DNA from: Histomonas meleagridis 2922-C6/04-290x
Taxonomy: Eukaryota; Protista; Parabasalia
NCBI GenBank assembly: GCA_020184695.1
Contig: JAANOX010000017.1
Coordinates: 434,001 to 498,000 of the forward strand
DNA length: 64,000 nucleotides
Direction of reading: 5' to 3'
Of this stretch, positions 22,657-33,590 are shown in pieces (the first letter of the stretch is position 1; the number at the start of each line of letters is the position of its first letter). A program made the position numbers and the translations under genes. Under the pieces are notes generated by a model that worked only from the letters and a program-made list of their open reading frames with translations, searched no databases and was not told the origin of the DNA.

Positions 22657-23694
22657 ATGCAACCAAACAATAACTCCATCAGGAAGCACAAATACAGAGA
22701 AAGAAGAAAAAAGAAGCAAAAAGGAATCAAAAAACTCGAACTTCCGACAATTATCCCACCAACTTCCGAAGAACAAGCTCCTGATTATTTTGATGATGAT
22801 GAAGAATATCAAGCTATTTTATCAAAATTTACACCCACTGTAGAAGTTGGGAATGCTCATGAAGAAGAAGAAATTGATGAAGAGCCACAAGAACCCATAT
22901 TTGTTTCAAGGCAACAAGTCAAAAGATATGGTCGACCTACGATTGGCATGCTCAAAGGTTTATCACGTCGTCCTGAACTTATTGAAACGTTTGATAATGA
23001 TGCACCCGATCCTTATACTCTTGTTGAAATCAAAAATACACGGAATGTTGTTCCAGTTCCCTCACACTGGTCTCAGAAGCGAAAATATTTAAACTACAAG
23101 AAAGGCAGTGAGATATCTCGTTATCGTCTTCCCAAATATCTTGAGAAGACTGGCATTCCCCAAATGCGCCAAGCTCTTCTTGAAATGGAAGAGAGGAAAT
23201 CGCTTGCGCATAAACAACGTGACCGCACTCGTCCATCTGTGGGTCTATTTGACGTTTCTACCACTGTTCTTCACGATGCATTTTTCAAGCATCAAACAAA
23301 ACCGTTACTAACCGTTTTCGGCGAGATTTATTACGAAGGAAAAGAAGATAATCCCGATCCTCGTGTGGTTAAGCCAGGTAAATTATCCAAGAAGTTACGA
23401 GAAGCTCTTGGTATGATAGACGATGGGCCTCCACCTTGGTTATTCAAGATGCAAAAAATTGGTCCTCCGCCATCATACCCAAATTTAAAGATTTCTGGAT
23501 TAAATGCACCATTACCACCAAAGGCAAAATGGGGAGATCAGCCTGGTGGATGGGGACAAGTGCCTATTGATGATCATGGAAATCCTGTTTGGGGAGGAAA
23601 CCCATTTGCGAGAGCTGAAGAAGAACCAGAACCAACGCCATTATGGGGAGTGATGAAGAGATCTCCGGGAATAGAGGACGGTGTTAATATTTGA
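22657..23694 (+). CDS. SF3B2: Splicing factor 3B subunit 2 (SAP145/Cus1), compact
   Basis: VPVPSHWSQKRKYL, LHDAFFKHQTKP, FGEIYYEGKE, PPPWL...IGPPPSYPNLKISGLNAPLP (DUF382 and PSP regions). Confidence 0.95.
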   Translation: MQPNNNSIRKHKYRERRKKKQKGIKKLELPTIIPPTSEEQAPDYFDDDEEYQAILSKFTPTVEVGNAHEEEEIDEEPQEPIFVSRQQVKRYGRPTIGMLKGLSRRPELIETFDNDAPDPYTLVEIKNTRNVVPVPSHWSQKRKYLNYKKGSEISRYRLPKYLEKTGIPQMRQALLEMEERKSLAHKQRDRTRPSVGLFDVSTTVLHDAFFKHQTKPLLTVFGEIYYEGKEDNPDPRVVKPGKLSKKLREALGMIDDGPPPWLFKMQKIGPPPSYPNLKISGLNAPLPPKAKWGDQPGGWGQVPIDDHGNPVWGGNPFARAEEEPEPTPLWGVMKRSPGIEDGVNI

Positions 23695-23800
23695 ACAGTA
23701 AACAGTCGAAATGTTATTTTTAATTTTTCTTCTTATTGCAAATGCAAATAAATTTTGATTTCATTATGTATACATCAAAAAAAAATAAATTGATAATTTA

Positions 23801-23908
23801 TGAGTTAAATTATCAAGTGGTAACAGTGATGATTTAAGTGTTAAATTATCAAATGGTGATGATGATGATTTAAGTGTTAAATTATCAAATGGTGATGATG
23901 ATGATTTT
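23801..23908 (+). repeat. 36-bp tandem repeat, about 3 copies
   Basis: GATGATTTAAGTGTTAAATTATCAAATGGTGATGAT unit repeated, first copy diverged. Confidence 0.8.
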
Positions 23909-24277
23909 GTATTTGATAAAATAAATATCTAAAACAGATTTTTCTTTTGTTTAATTTCTCAGCAAATTTCATACCAAAAATGTAATACAAAATATTCACA
24001 ATAAAAGGATCTTAGATGACATTTTTTGAGGGAATTTCTATGATCATTTTATATAAATGTATCTTTATGAATTTCTACAGTATCGCATAACTATAATAAA
24101 ATAAAAATCAGAAATATATTAAATATTTGATAGATAATTTGATATTATAGAAAAATCATTACACAGAGTGTTAATACTATGTGACGTTTCATTCATTCAT
24201 TAATAACTTGGAAATATATAGATAAAAATGAAATTGGATTTTATTTTTAACTCAGTGTTTTAAGCCTTTATCCATTA

Positions 24278-24802
24278 TTATGGTTGTTGAAATGAAGAAT
24301 TTATAATATCACTAAATTCTTCAAACGTAATTGAGAATGGATCGGTGCTACTAATTGTATTTTCCAAATCACGAAAGATATGATAAATATCCTGGGAATC
24401 AGTGTGTTTGGAATTCTGCTGCTTTTTTTCATTGAAAATATCTTTCCTTCTTTCTGCTTTTCTTAATCTTCTTAATAGCAACGCATAGCGATTTTTTATA
24501 TTTACATCAGTTCTGCCTGGTAATGATTCCCTTATGATTGACCATTTTGGACCAATTTTTATATAACTCTTTTTAAGGATTTCATCTTCTTCTGGCGTCC
24601 AAGGACTTGAATCAATTCCAGGGGAAAGATAATGCTTCCAACGTTCTCTACATTGTCTTGCAGTTCTTCTTCCAATTACCTTTGCTATTTGTTTCCAGTA
24701 ATGTATTCCATGCTTGCAAACCATATCAATTATAATCCGATCTTCTTCTTCGGAAAATTTTCGTTTCACATTCTTAAAATGATAATCAGATTCATATAGC
24801 AT
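24278..24802 (-). CDS. R2R3 Myb-like DNA-binding protein
   Basis: KFSEEEDRII...WKQIAKVIGRRTARQCRERWKHYLSP...PWTPEEDEIL...GPKWSII...GRTDVNIKNRY. Confidence 0.95.
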   Translation of the reverse strand: MLYESDYHFKNVKRKFSEEEDRIIIDMVCKHGIHYWKQIAKVIGRRTARQCRERWKHYLSPGIDSSPWTPEEDEILKKSYIKIGPKWSIIRESLPGRTDVNIKNRYALLLRRLRKAERRKDIFNEKKQQNSKHTDSQDIYHIFRDLENTISSTDPFSITFEEFSDIINSSFQQP

Positions 24803-25540
24803 CAGTAAAAAAATATAATTATTTTAAACGATGTTTTATGAGTTCTGAATATTGTTTTATATTTGGAATGAATGAATTGAATACCAAAACATTAAATATC
24901 CATTAATTTCATTATTTCAACCTAATTTAACATTTTTAATCAGTGCTTTATCAGAATTCGACAGAAATCAAATCCAGAAAGACTTTACATTTTAACCATA
25001 ACATATCGAACTCAACGTAACACAAATTTCAATAAATAAAAACATAAATTTTTTTAACATTCGTATAGGATTCTCAAACGTTTTTATCTAAACAACTCAT
25101 AAAATTTATTTTTCAATCGAAATCCAACAATTTTTATATATTATCATCCTATCTTAACATTAAACATTTTTTATTTCGAGTTCCAATTTTACAACAGTTT
25201 ACAAATTTAAGTTAGCAATATTTTTAATGTAGTCTTAACCAAATAATCATAAATATATATTTCTTATCCCCTATCTCAATAAATATCAATAATGAGCTAA
25301 GTAAAATCATAAGTAAGGTTTAACATTATATATGCTGGAGTTAATAATTCAAATTTAATGATTTCATAAAAAAAATGTCTTTATGATGAAATTATTTTTG
25401 TCTGAACAATAAACAATTGATAGAAAATAAATTGTCAAAGAAATATCGTTATTTAACATACTTTTAAATTTTATTAATATAAATAAACAGAATTATTAAT
25501 AATTATTATTTTGCATATAGAATTGGATATTAAAACGAAC

Positions 25541-25870
25541 ATGAAAACATTTTACTTCAAATATATATTTATAACATATAATTTTTACATAATAAAATAA
25601 TACACATAAATTTATTCGCCTTCCAAATATTTCTCTATTTTCTCCACTTTTTCCAAGTATTCATCCAAATTGATTTTCTATATTAAATATTATGTAATTA
25701 CTATTCATAAATTAAAATTCTATATTAATATATGAAAACATTTTACTTCAAATATATATTTATAACAAATAATTTTTACATAATAAAATAATACACATAA
25801 ATTTATTCGCCTTCCAAATATATCTCTATTTTCTCCACCTCCTCCAAGTAGTCATCCAAAGCGATTTTCC
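25541..25870. repeat. Direct duplication (period about 191 bp) of the kinase 3' end and 3' flank
   Basis: 25541-25680 is nearly identical to 25732-25870, including the last kinase codons and stop. Confidence 0.85.
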
Positions 25871-28199
25871 TGAACTTCTCCAGCACCACTTTTAGTTCGT
25901 TTTTTAACATTTTATTCTCCACAGCGATTACTTTAAATATTTCTATTACCACTTCGTAAGTCATTTCATAGAATCCGCTTTGGAATCTCTTCAACATCAC
26001 TTTTGCTATTTCTTCTATTTTACACATTTTTGCAATTATTTTAATTGCTAATTTCGAGTTATCATCGAATGATATTAACCAATCGATGAAATCGATATTA
26101 AATTTCACGTTTTCATTAATCATTTGATATATCACCAAATAAATCACATTTTTCAACAAAACATTTTTCGTTTGTATTAACATATTCGTAATTAATTTAA
26201 GCGAAATGTTTTTCGTCTCTTTCATCGATATCAAACATCGTAACGATGATATTTTTAAGTTATCATTTTCATCATTACTTAAACTTAAGATACAGCGAGC
26301 AATGATCGATGATTTATATTCACTTTTAATGCTCCCTCGTGTTAACGTTTCTAAACAAAGGATAGTGTGCCGAATAGATAACGAATGTATTAACGCTTCT
26401 TCTGTCATGTTATTCTTACATGAGATAATAAGAAGATTCTCATCAAGCTCTTCATTGCCTGTAGGTACATTAGATAGAAACTTGACAATGATTTCTTTGC
26501 TGATTTGTCCTCGAGGAAATGAACGTAAGCGTTCGGATGCTTGAAATGCTTTACCAGTGGTAAGAAATTTGGAATAACATAAAGAAAGTAAGGGTAAATT
26601 TGGGCTTGCTTGGAAAGTCTCTAACTTGTTCCATGTTTCTTCTAAGTAATCGTTGGGTATTGAACTATTATTTATCGTATACGAAAAATCTTCAAGTGTA
26701 ACATCGGATCGTTGTAAGAGCTCTTGGATCTGGAGTGAATCTTTGTCATCAGTACTTTGGGTTTCTTGGACATGTTGTAAAAATAAGGAAATATCAGTTC
26801 CAGGAAAATAGATTTTACCAGTTTGGAAAAGCTTCAGAATAGTGGAAAAGGTCGGGCGATTACGTGGATCTCGTTCCCAGCATGAATTAATGAGATCTTC
26901 GAGTTCTTCTGGAAACCAAATTCCTGGAAATGAAGGTCGAGCATCATTGTCAAGTACTGAATGTATGACTTCTAAATGATCACAACCATTATATGGAGTC
27001 TTATGAAAAAGTATTTCCCATAAAACAATTCCATATGAATAAACATCAACTTTAGTATCATAATTTTGATGACCAGAAAGAAGTTCCGGGGCCATCCAAT
27101 AAGGTGTACCTACGTTGACGGTCATAATTTCTGTTTTCCCGAATTTTTTAGATGAACCAAAATCACATATCTTGGCGCGACCCTTATCGTCAAGGAGAAC
27201 GTTAAGGGATTTCAAATCACGATGAATGATTTGATGTTTATGTAGAAAGTTCATACCTCGAGCAATATCATAAGCAACTATTGTAAGTTGTGTTGGCGTT
27301 AGTTTTTTCCTTTTATGAAGCTCATTATAAAGATTACCTCCAGGCATCCATTCAGTAACAATACAATAAGGTGGAGTTTCAGTTACACCTATAAACCTTA
27401 AAAGCGTATCATGAATAGTGGTTGCTAAAGTAGTAACTTCACGTTGAAAAGATCTAAATCTTGATCCTGTTAATTTGTATTTAAATTTTTTGATTGCAAC
27501 TTTCTCTTTGGTAGATTTTAATGTACCATAAAAAACATTCGAAGATACTCCACTACCAATTTGTTTCTCTTCAATAATATCATTAACATCTAATGTCCAT
27601 GTTTTGTAATGAATTGGAATTGGTGTGAATACAATATTTGGAGGAACAATACTTTCTCGTTCATATTCTTTGATGAAATTATCAATACTTTGAAGTCTAG
27701 ATTTAATTATTGTTTGAATATTACTTGAAATTGAATTATTTTCTCCCTCTAAAAAACTTTTAAATGAAGTATGTATGGAATGAAGATCGAAAAGATGTAG
27801 CTGAAGCCATTTTGGATCTGCTGGATCAAAGAAATGAGAATCTTCAGGATCAAGAATTGAAGCTTCGGCATTTAACCTTCGAATAATTTCACAAACCTCA
27901 GCTGCAACAGCAGAAGAAGAGTTGCTAATAACTGAATTCGCCCAACAATTTGACATGTTTTGACTAATTATTGATTTTAATTTACTTGCATTTTTAACAA
28001 TTCCATCTGCTGCTTGGATTTGTTTTTGAGTTAATGGACTCAGCCTTGGAAATCTTAAATTAAATGCACGCGCAAATAATCTGAGTTGAGAAACCGCATA
28101 TTGAAGTTTCTTTTGATTGGCAACTGCTGAGTTTACAAAGAACTCGATTTCTTGTGCAACTTTGGAAAGTTCCCTGCCAACGAGGGATGAAACTTCCAT
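25803..28199 (-). CDS. TKL-family protein kinase
   Basis: IGSGVSSNV, VAIKK, HRDLKSLNVLL, DFG, GTPYWMAPE, DVYSYGIVLWE, CWERDPRNRPTF; C-terminal helical region. Confidence 0.95.
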   Translation of the reverse strand: MEVSSLVGRELSKVAQEIEFFVNSAVANQKKLQYAVSQLRLFARAFNLRFPRLSPLTQKQIQAADGIVKNASKLKSIISQNMSNCWANSVISNSSSAVAAEVCEIIRRLNAEASILDPEDSHFFDPADPKWLQLHLFDLHSIHTSFKSFLEGENNSISSNIQTIIKSRLQSIDNFIKEYERESIVPPNIVFTPIPIHYKTWTLDVNDIIEEKQIGSGVSSNVFYGTLKSTKEKVAIKKFKYKLTGSRFRSFQREVTTLATTIHDTLLRFIGVTETPPYCIVTEWMPGGNLYNELHKRKKLTPTQLTIVAYDIARGMNFLHKHQIIHRDLKSLNVLLDDKGRAKICDFGSSKKFGKTEIMTVNVGTPYWMAPELLSGHQNYDTKVDVYSYGIVLWEILFHKTPYNGCDHLEVIHSVLDNDARPSFPGIWFPEELEDLINSCWERDPRNRPTFSTILKLFQTGKIYFPGTDISLFLQHVQETQSTDDKDSLQIQELLQRSDVTLEDFSYTINNSSIPNDYLEETWNKLETFQASPNLPLLSLCYSKFLTTGKAFQASERLRSFPRGQISKEIIVKFLSNVPTGNEELDENLLIISCKNNMTEEALIHSLSIRHTILCLETLTRGSIKSEYKSSIIARCILSLSNDENDNLKISSLRCLISMKETKNISLKLITNMLIQTKNVLLKNVIYLVIYQMINENVKFNIDFIDWLISFDDNSKLAIKIIAKMCKIEEIAKVMLKRFQSGFYEMTYEVVIEIFKVIAVENKMLKNELKVVLEKFRKIALDDYLEEVEKIEIYLEGE

Positions 28200-28319
28200 T
28201 TGATTCTAGCGACCGTTAATAAAAAATAATATTCTATCGTAAAACGGTTGTATACATTTTTTCAATGGATTTATGGTAGTTATAACGGTTTGTGTGGGAT
28301 ATTTTTACCCTTTGCACCA

Positions 28320-28601
28320 ATGAGCCTAAAAGTTTCTACAACTGCAGACGAAGCTGAAAAACTATTATCTGCTCCAACACTAACTTCTCTCTCATGGCGT
28401 GTTGATGTGATTTTATCATCATCATCTGTTACTAGAGTAATGCAACCTTTTGTAATAATGCGCGTCGGCCTTTCAAATGGAACATATAAAACTATTGAAC
28501 TAAGTATCAAAGCTTTCCATGATCTCAGGTTTAGGATTTCTGAAGCTCTTCATTCCCTCCACAAACTTGAGTCGAATTATTTGTTCACATTAAATGTTTA
28601 A
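28320..28601 (+). CDS. COMM-domain protein (COMMD5-like, COMM domain only)
   Basis: LTSLSWRVDVILSSSSVTRVMQPFVIMRVGLSNG...AFHDLRFRISEAL; first ATG 28320. Confidence 0.8.
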   Translation: MSLKVSTTADEAEKLLSAPTLTSLSWRVDVILSSSSVTRVMQPFVIMRVGLSNGTYKTIELSIKAFHDLRFRISEALHSLHKLESNYLFTLNV

Positions 28602-28631
28602 AAGATTTTTAAACTTTAAAAAACATTTACT

Positions 28632-29816
28632 CTATTCATCCGTATTAAAAACACTTGCCTTTTTAAACTTTTCTAAATCAAATTTGCAATCATTTTTCAA
28701 ATCAGGTATATTTTTTGAAACGAAGTTTATAAAGTCTTCAAACAAAATATACTTCGTATTGCCGAATCTCGGGAGTTTCATCACTTTCCCATTATATATT
28801 ATTCGAATAAAGAAATCATTTGATCGTCTGAACTTCCAAAGTTCAACGATTATATAAGAACCATATGGTGGAAGCTTATCAAATTGAACGCCTAAATATC
28901 CGAGAAATCCGAATATATTTCCATCATGTGCAGACCAATGTATGAATCTGAGTGATGTATTCCCATTATATCTGTCAATCATTGCATTCGTCATTTCGCC
29001 AGCTGGAAATGAAAACATTAATGGGAAAACTTTAGGCGAACCAAAAACATATCTTTGCTGGTGTGCTTTGACGATAGCAGCAGCATCGAACAAAGCTTCA
29101 GAAAATGACGAATTTGATGATGGAAGATTTTTGCTGTTACAACGAGCAGCCATTACAATATCTGGTGCAGACTTAGTTTTGGAACCAATAACTTTAGCAG
29201 CTTCTTCAAGTGTGGAAAGATTTTTTGCAAATGTGGATTTGTACTCAGCACTATTACGAACTTCTTCAATTCGCTCTTTAAGCATAGGGCATATCTGTGA
29301 AGAACGACGCCATGGATCAAGATACTTTTCGGAAACTTCGATTACAACTTTTGGATCAGATGGATAAAAACCATGAATAAAAGACATGGTAGAATGAAGG
29401 GTGCGATGTGTAAGGGTTGATCTAAATTTGGCTATTGAAGGGTTGTATTGAGATGGAAGAAATTTCTTTTGTTGAATATAAATTTTGTTAAGATGTTCTC
29501 CTAGTCGAGTAAGATCTTCCGCGCCTTTGTCAATTAATTGGCCTACATGGCAATCACCTAAAAAAATTGAATCACCATATGATACATGTATTTTCATTGG
29601 TTTAGAACCTAAGAACAATTTGTATTCTGAATAATTACATCTCCATATATTTGAGAAAGCAGGCGAAATATGTAAAGGAGTTCGTGCTCCATGCCGTGTG
29701 ATTAATTGAACCATAATTAAATCAGCATCATCTCGATCTCGATATTTCAAAAGAGGGGGCTCGCACCAGTGTTTGTCAAATGAAAAAGAGAATAACCAAA
29801 AACAAGTCCATAACAT
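28632..29816 (-). CDS. Histidine acid phosphatase, signal peptide
   Basis: RHGARTP and HD (SAHDGN) motifs; hydrophobic N-terminus. Confidence 0.93.
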   Translation of the reverse strand: MLWTCFWLFSFSFDKHWCEPPLLKYRDRDDADLIMVQLITRHGARTPLHISPAFSNIWRCNYSEYKLFLGSKPMKIHVSYGDSIFLGDCHVGQLIDKGAEDLTRLGEHLNKIYIQQKKFLPSQYNPSIAKFRSTLTHRTLHSTMSFIHGFYPSDPKVVIEVSEKYLDPWRRSSQICPMLKERIEEVRNSAEYKSTFAKNLSTLEEAAKVIGSKTKSAPDIVMAARCNSKNLPSSNSSFSEALFDAAAIVKAHQQRYVFGSPKVFPLMFSFPAGEMTNAMIDRYNGNTSLRFIHWSAHDGNIFGFLGYLGVQFDKLPPYGSYIIVELWKFRRSNDFFIRIIYNGKVMKLPRFGNTKYILFEDFINFVSKNIPDLKNDCKFDLEKFKKASVFNTDE

Positions 29817-30346
29817 GCTGATAAGGAATGGAGTTTTTTTGGTTCAATTGACCAAAAATTCAGTTAAAATTGATCGTTTTGCCTCCTTCAAGGAAATCAT
29901 ACACACAGTTTTCATTACAGAAACATGTTTTAATATAAAGAGAAAAATATAACTAACCTAACTTTAGAAAAAAGAACTCAATCAGCATAACAAATATATT
30001 TTAAAGTGAAATTAAATGAATAATTTTCTAATTAACAGTAAAATTTACAATGCATTAAGTTACTATTACAACAACCACAGCAAATTGTTGAAATTTCTTT
30101 TTCATATCCTGTGTAAAAATTTGTTAGACATTGATGATATAAATATGATATTTTGGTTTTTTATGATTTATCACAGAAAAAATGCTTGATTCATATTGAG
30201 AATATAGAAGTCAAAATGAGTTACTGCACCGTGAATTAAGCGAACTTGATTTTTGTTGCGACGTTCCGGTTTGATGAATTGACTAAATTAGCATTCAAAA
30301 AATTCTGAGCGAATTACGCTAAAACAAACGTTCTTGATCTAAAAAA

Positions 30347-31474
30347 ATGGGTTTTGATATGCCATGCACATCCCCATTTAGAGCGCCAACAGTGGTTCCC
30401 AATGCGACGCTCATTTCTTTATTCCTTTTTGTTCGTCATGGAGCTAGAGTTCCATATCAACATTGGGAAAGAACTGATATTGACTATGAATGGCGTTGTG
30501 GCGAAAATTATTTAACCAGGAATTATAGAATTCCATTAGTTAATGGAGTTTTAACAGATTTCAAATTTAATTCTTCAATTAATCATTCTTTCTTACCTTC
30601 TTGTACAGATGGTTCTTTATTAGATCTCGGGTCTGAACAACTTCAAAAGCTTGGACAATCCTACAGAAATTATCTTATTGATGAGACACATTTATTATCT
30701 TCAGAATATGATTCCAATGAAATTTATCTTCGTTCATCATATATTCCACGCTGCATTGAATCCGGTGTTTCTTTTATTGATGGACTTTATCCACCTCAAA
30801 CTCCTGATGAAACAATTAATGTAACCACAGGAACTTCTACTGATGAACCTTTATTCCCACATGCGCTAGCGAACGAAGTCTTCAAACAGAAGGCCCTTGA
30901 ATTTATTGCCACTGATGAGACCCATCGTCGTGAATCACTTTTTGATGCGAATGCAGACACTTTAGTTAAATATTATAATCTTTCGTTCACAAATCCACTT
31001 GAAAAGTTTCTTCTTGGGGACTTTATGAATACCCTTCGTTGTAACAACCAACCATATCCACGTGAGATTACTGATCCGATCTTTCCTGAGCTAATGAGTG
31101 ACACGGCGTATTTTGTGCAAGGATATTTTGAGTTTATGAAGCCACTTGCAGAGAAGCCGATATTTGAGCTAATGTTTAATGAGATTGATTTAATAAACGA
31201 AGGAAAGAAAACACAAAAGTTTACTTTGTATAGCGGCCACGATGTAACTTTGGCTGCGATAATGGTCGGATTGGGTTATTTAGATCTTAGTTCGCCACCG
31301 CCATTCGCTTCTCATATTACTGCTGAAATATGGAAAGTTGAAGAAGTGGATTACATCAGATTCACGTTCAATGGAAATGTGCTGAAATATAAAGGAAATG
31401 AATTAACAATACTTAAACAGTTCAGAGAAGAAATGAAGCAATACTTAAACAAGGAAATAGTCGACGAGCTGTAA
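30347..31474 (+). CDS. Histidine acid phosphatase
   Basis: RHGARVP, RSSYIPRCIES, YSGHDVT, PPPFASHI. Confidence 0.93.
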   Translation: MGFDMPCTSPFRAPTVVPNATLISLFLFVRHGARVPYQHWERTDIDYEWRCGENYLTRNYRIPLVNGVLTDFKFNSSINHSFLPSCTDGSLLDLGSEQLQKLGQSYRNYLIDETHLLSSEYDSNEIYLRSSYIPRCIESGVSFIDGLYPPQTPDETINVTTGTSTDEPLFPHALANEVFKQKALEFIATDETHRRESLFDANADTLVKYYNLSFTNPLEKFLLGDFMNTLRCNNQPYPREITDPIFPELMSDTAYFVQGYFEFMKPLAEKPIFELMFNEIDLINEGKKTQKFTLYSGHDVTLAAIMVGLGYLDLSSPPPFASHITAEIWKVEEVDYIRFTFNGNVLKYKGNELTILKQFREEMKQYLNKEIVDEL

Positions 31475-31675
31475 CCAATAAACAGTTCTAAATAATTTTT
31501 GTTATTTAACATTTTAATTAAGTCTTAATAGAAAATATATTTTATTCTATGTAATGATTGAAAATCGTTTTTAACATTTTAAGATTTCAATTTCTTTTCA
31601 TATGAATTCTGTAAATTAATTTACAATACATAAAATTAAAAGTAAAAAGAGAAGGCAAAGCGTTTACATTCTGAA

Positions 31676-32266
31676 TTAGTGGCTTTGGACGAAGTTTTCA
31701 TATTCTGACCAGCTCACAGAACACTTTGATGATTGGTATCTTTCAATTTTGGCTTTCTTCATTACGGATTGATCAAAATTTCCATAGAAACCAGCTTTAC
31801 GAGCGAGGTGAGAAAGTGTTTCTTCCTTTGTCCAGTTTTGCTCTTGAGCAACCTCAGGAAGATATGTTGCTGAATATCCACCATCAATAAATAAACGAAT
31901 TCCATGAACTCCGACTTCCCAATCCAAAACATCCTTTCCTTTTTCGAAGCTATGTAAGAGGGAGATTGCGCACTTCAAGTTAGGTAATTCTTCCTCGGTT
32001 ATTGGCTTAAAACGATGATCTTTTGTACCTGCAATAACAGCATAATCGCATAATCCTTTAACCAATGGCAAATCACCAAAACATCCTATGCATCCACGGA
32101 GATCTCCATTTGCTTTTTTCCATGTTACGAACATTGGACAATGCCTTGATTCATTTGGGTCCATAAGATTTAAGATTTTATTGTTATTCACATTTTTAAC
32201 TTTATTTTCGAGTGCTTCACAGCAAAGATAACAAAGTTCTTTTGTTGCTTCCATCCAAAATGACAC
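31676..32266 (-). CDS. AMMECR1-family protein
   Basis: CPMFVTWKK...LRGCIGCF, DHRFKPITEEEL, DWEVGVHGIRL, ATYLPEVAQEQNW. Confidence 0.95.
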   Translation of the reverse strand: MSFWMEATKELCYLCCEALENKVKNVNNNKILNLMDPNESRHCPMFVTWKKANGDLRGCIGCFGDLPLVKGLCDYAVIAGTKDHRFKPITEEELPNLKCAISLLHSFEKGKDVLDWEVGVHGIRLFIDGGYSATYLPEVAQEQNWTKEETLSHLARKAGFYGNFDQSVMKKAKIERYQSSKCSVSWSEYENFVQSH

Positions 32267-32373
32267 AATACGTTAAAGTTGGGGTGGTTCAAGCCCACAA
32301 AAATTGAAAAAAGCATTCAATAAATGTCATTTTACGATAAAATTTTCAAATTCCACGGTTTCCCTCATAAGGA

Positions 32374-32970
32374 ATGTTGGATTGCAGAGCACTTCTTTTG
32401 GGAGATGGGGGAGTTGGTAAATCAAGCCTGTTCACAACTTACATGCAAGGTACTTTTCCAAGAGAATATGTTCCAATGATATTTGAAGAAGAATATAATA
32501 AGAGTTTTTCAATAAATAATTACAATATCAATATGACTATTACCAGTCGGGGTAGTGATTATCAATGGATGCATTTTCGTTGCCTGGATTATCCAAAAAC
32601 CGATATTTTTTTACTTTGTTTCTCTCTAGTTGATCCAACTTCTTTGAAATCAATTAAAAGCAAATACATTCCAGACATTTCTGTTTATTGTTCTACAATC
32701 AATTTCATTTTGGTTGGATTAAAATCTGACTTAAGAGATGAATACTTAAATGACCCCTATAAATATCGTGGAATTGAAGAACCAATTCGAACAGAAAGGG
32801 GAGAAGAAGAATCGAAAAATATTGGGGTTTCTGGTTATGTTGAATGTTCTTCTAAAATCCTATACAACTTGGATGCAGTTTTCGAACTAGCAGCTAAAGT
32901 TTTTTTGGACAAATCTGATAAGGTTAAAAAAAAAACCAGAAAAAATAAAGAAGTTTGTATGTTCTCGTAA
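32374..32970 (+). CDS. Rho/Rac-like small GTPase with degenerate switch regions
   Basis: GDGGVGKS, YPKTDIFLLCFS, LVGLKSDLR, YVECSS, polybasic tail and CMFS CaaX box. Confidence 0.88.
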   Translation: MLDCRALLLGDGGVGKSSLFTTYMQGTFPREYVPMIFEEEYNKSFSINNYNINMTITSRGSDYQWMHFRCLDYPKTDIFLLCFSLVDPTSLKSIKSKYIPDISVYCSTINFILVGLKSDLRDEYLNDPYKYRGIEEPIRTERGEEESKNIGVSGYVECSSKILYNLDAVFELAAKVFLDKSDKVKKKTRKNKEVCMFS

Positions 32971-33590
32971 AAATGTTTAACAAGTAAATATTTGTAATTA
33001 AGAAATAAAATATTTTAATGACTGATTTTTTATGTTTAAATGCATTTTTTCATTTATTTTAATTTTTGAATTAAATATCATATAACGGCATTACTGTAAA
33101 ACTATTGCAATCTTTATGTAAATTTTCTAAGTTTTGATGTGGCAGTGCCTTAAATTTTCATATTCTTGTTTACTTCTTTGAATTTGAGATGGACAAAATT
33201 GGATAAAATATATTAATTCTTTTCCTCTAATGAACATAATTTTTCTTCTGGGGTTTTTAGAATAAAACACGGAACTAATGGTTTATGAAAATAACATTAA
33301 ATTATTTACAAAATTTATGAATTCATAATAATATTTAGAAAACATTTAAATCGTTTGAAGCTCCTCTCTTATATGCATCTGATATCGAAGGAAACGATAA
33401 CAATGGAGAAGATATTTTTCTTTTTTAAACAAGAGACTTGGATGTAAATTTATATTTTTGAGAATAAATCATTAATAAACATTGTGTTTTGAATTCAATA
33501 AAAAACTCATTAAAATCAAAAAATTGTTTTTTTAAAATACATTTATTCAATTCAAATAATGTTTAATAATAAGAAATCATCAAAAACATT

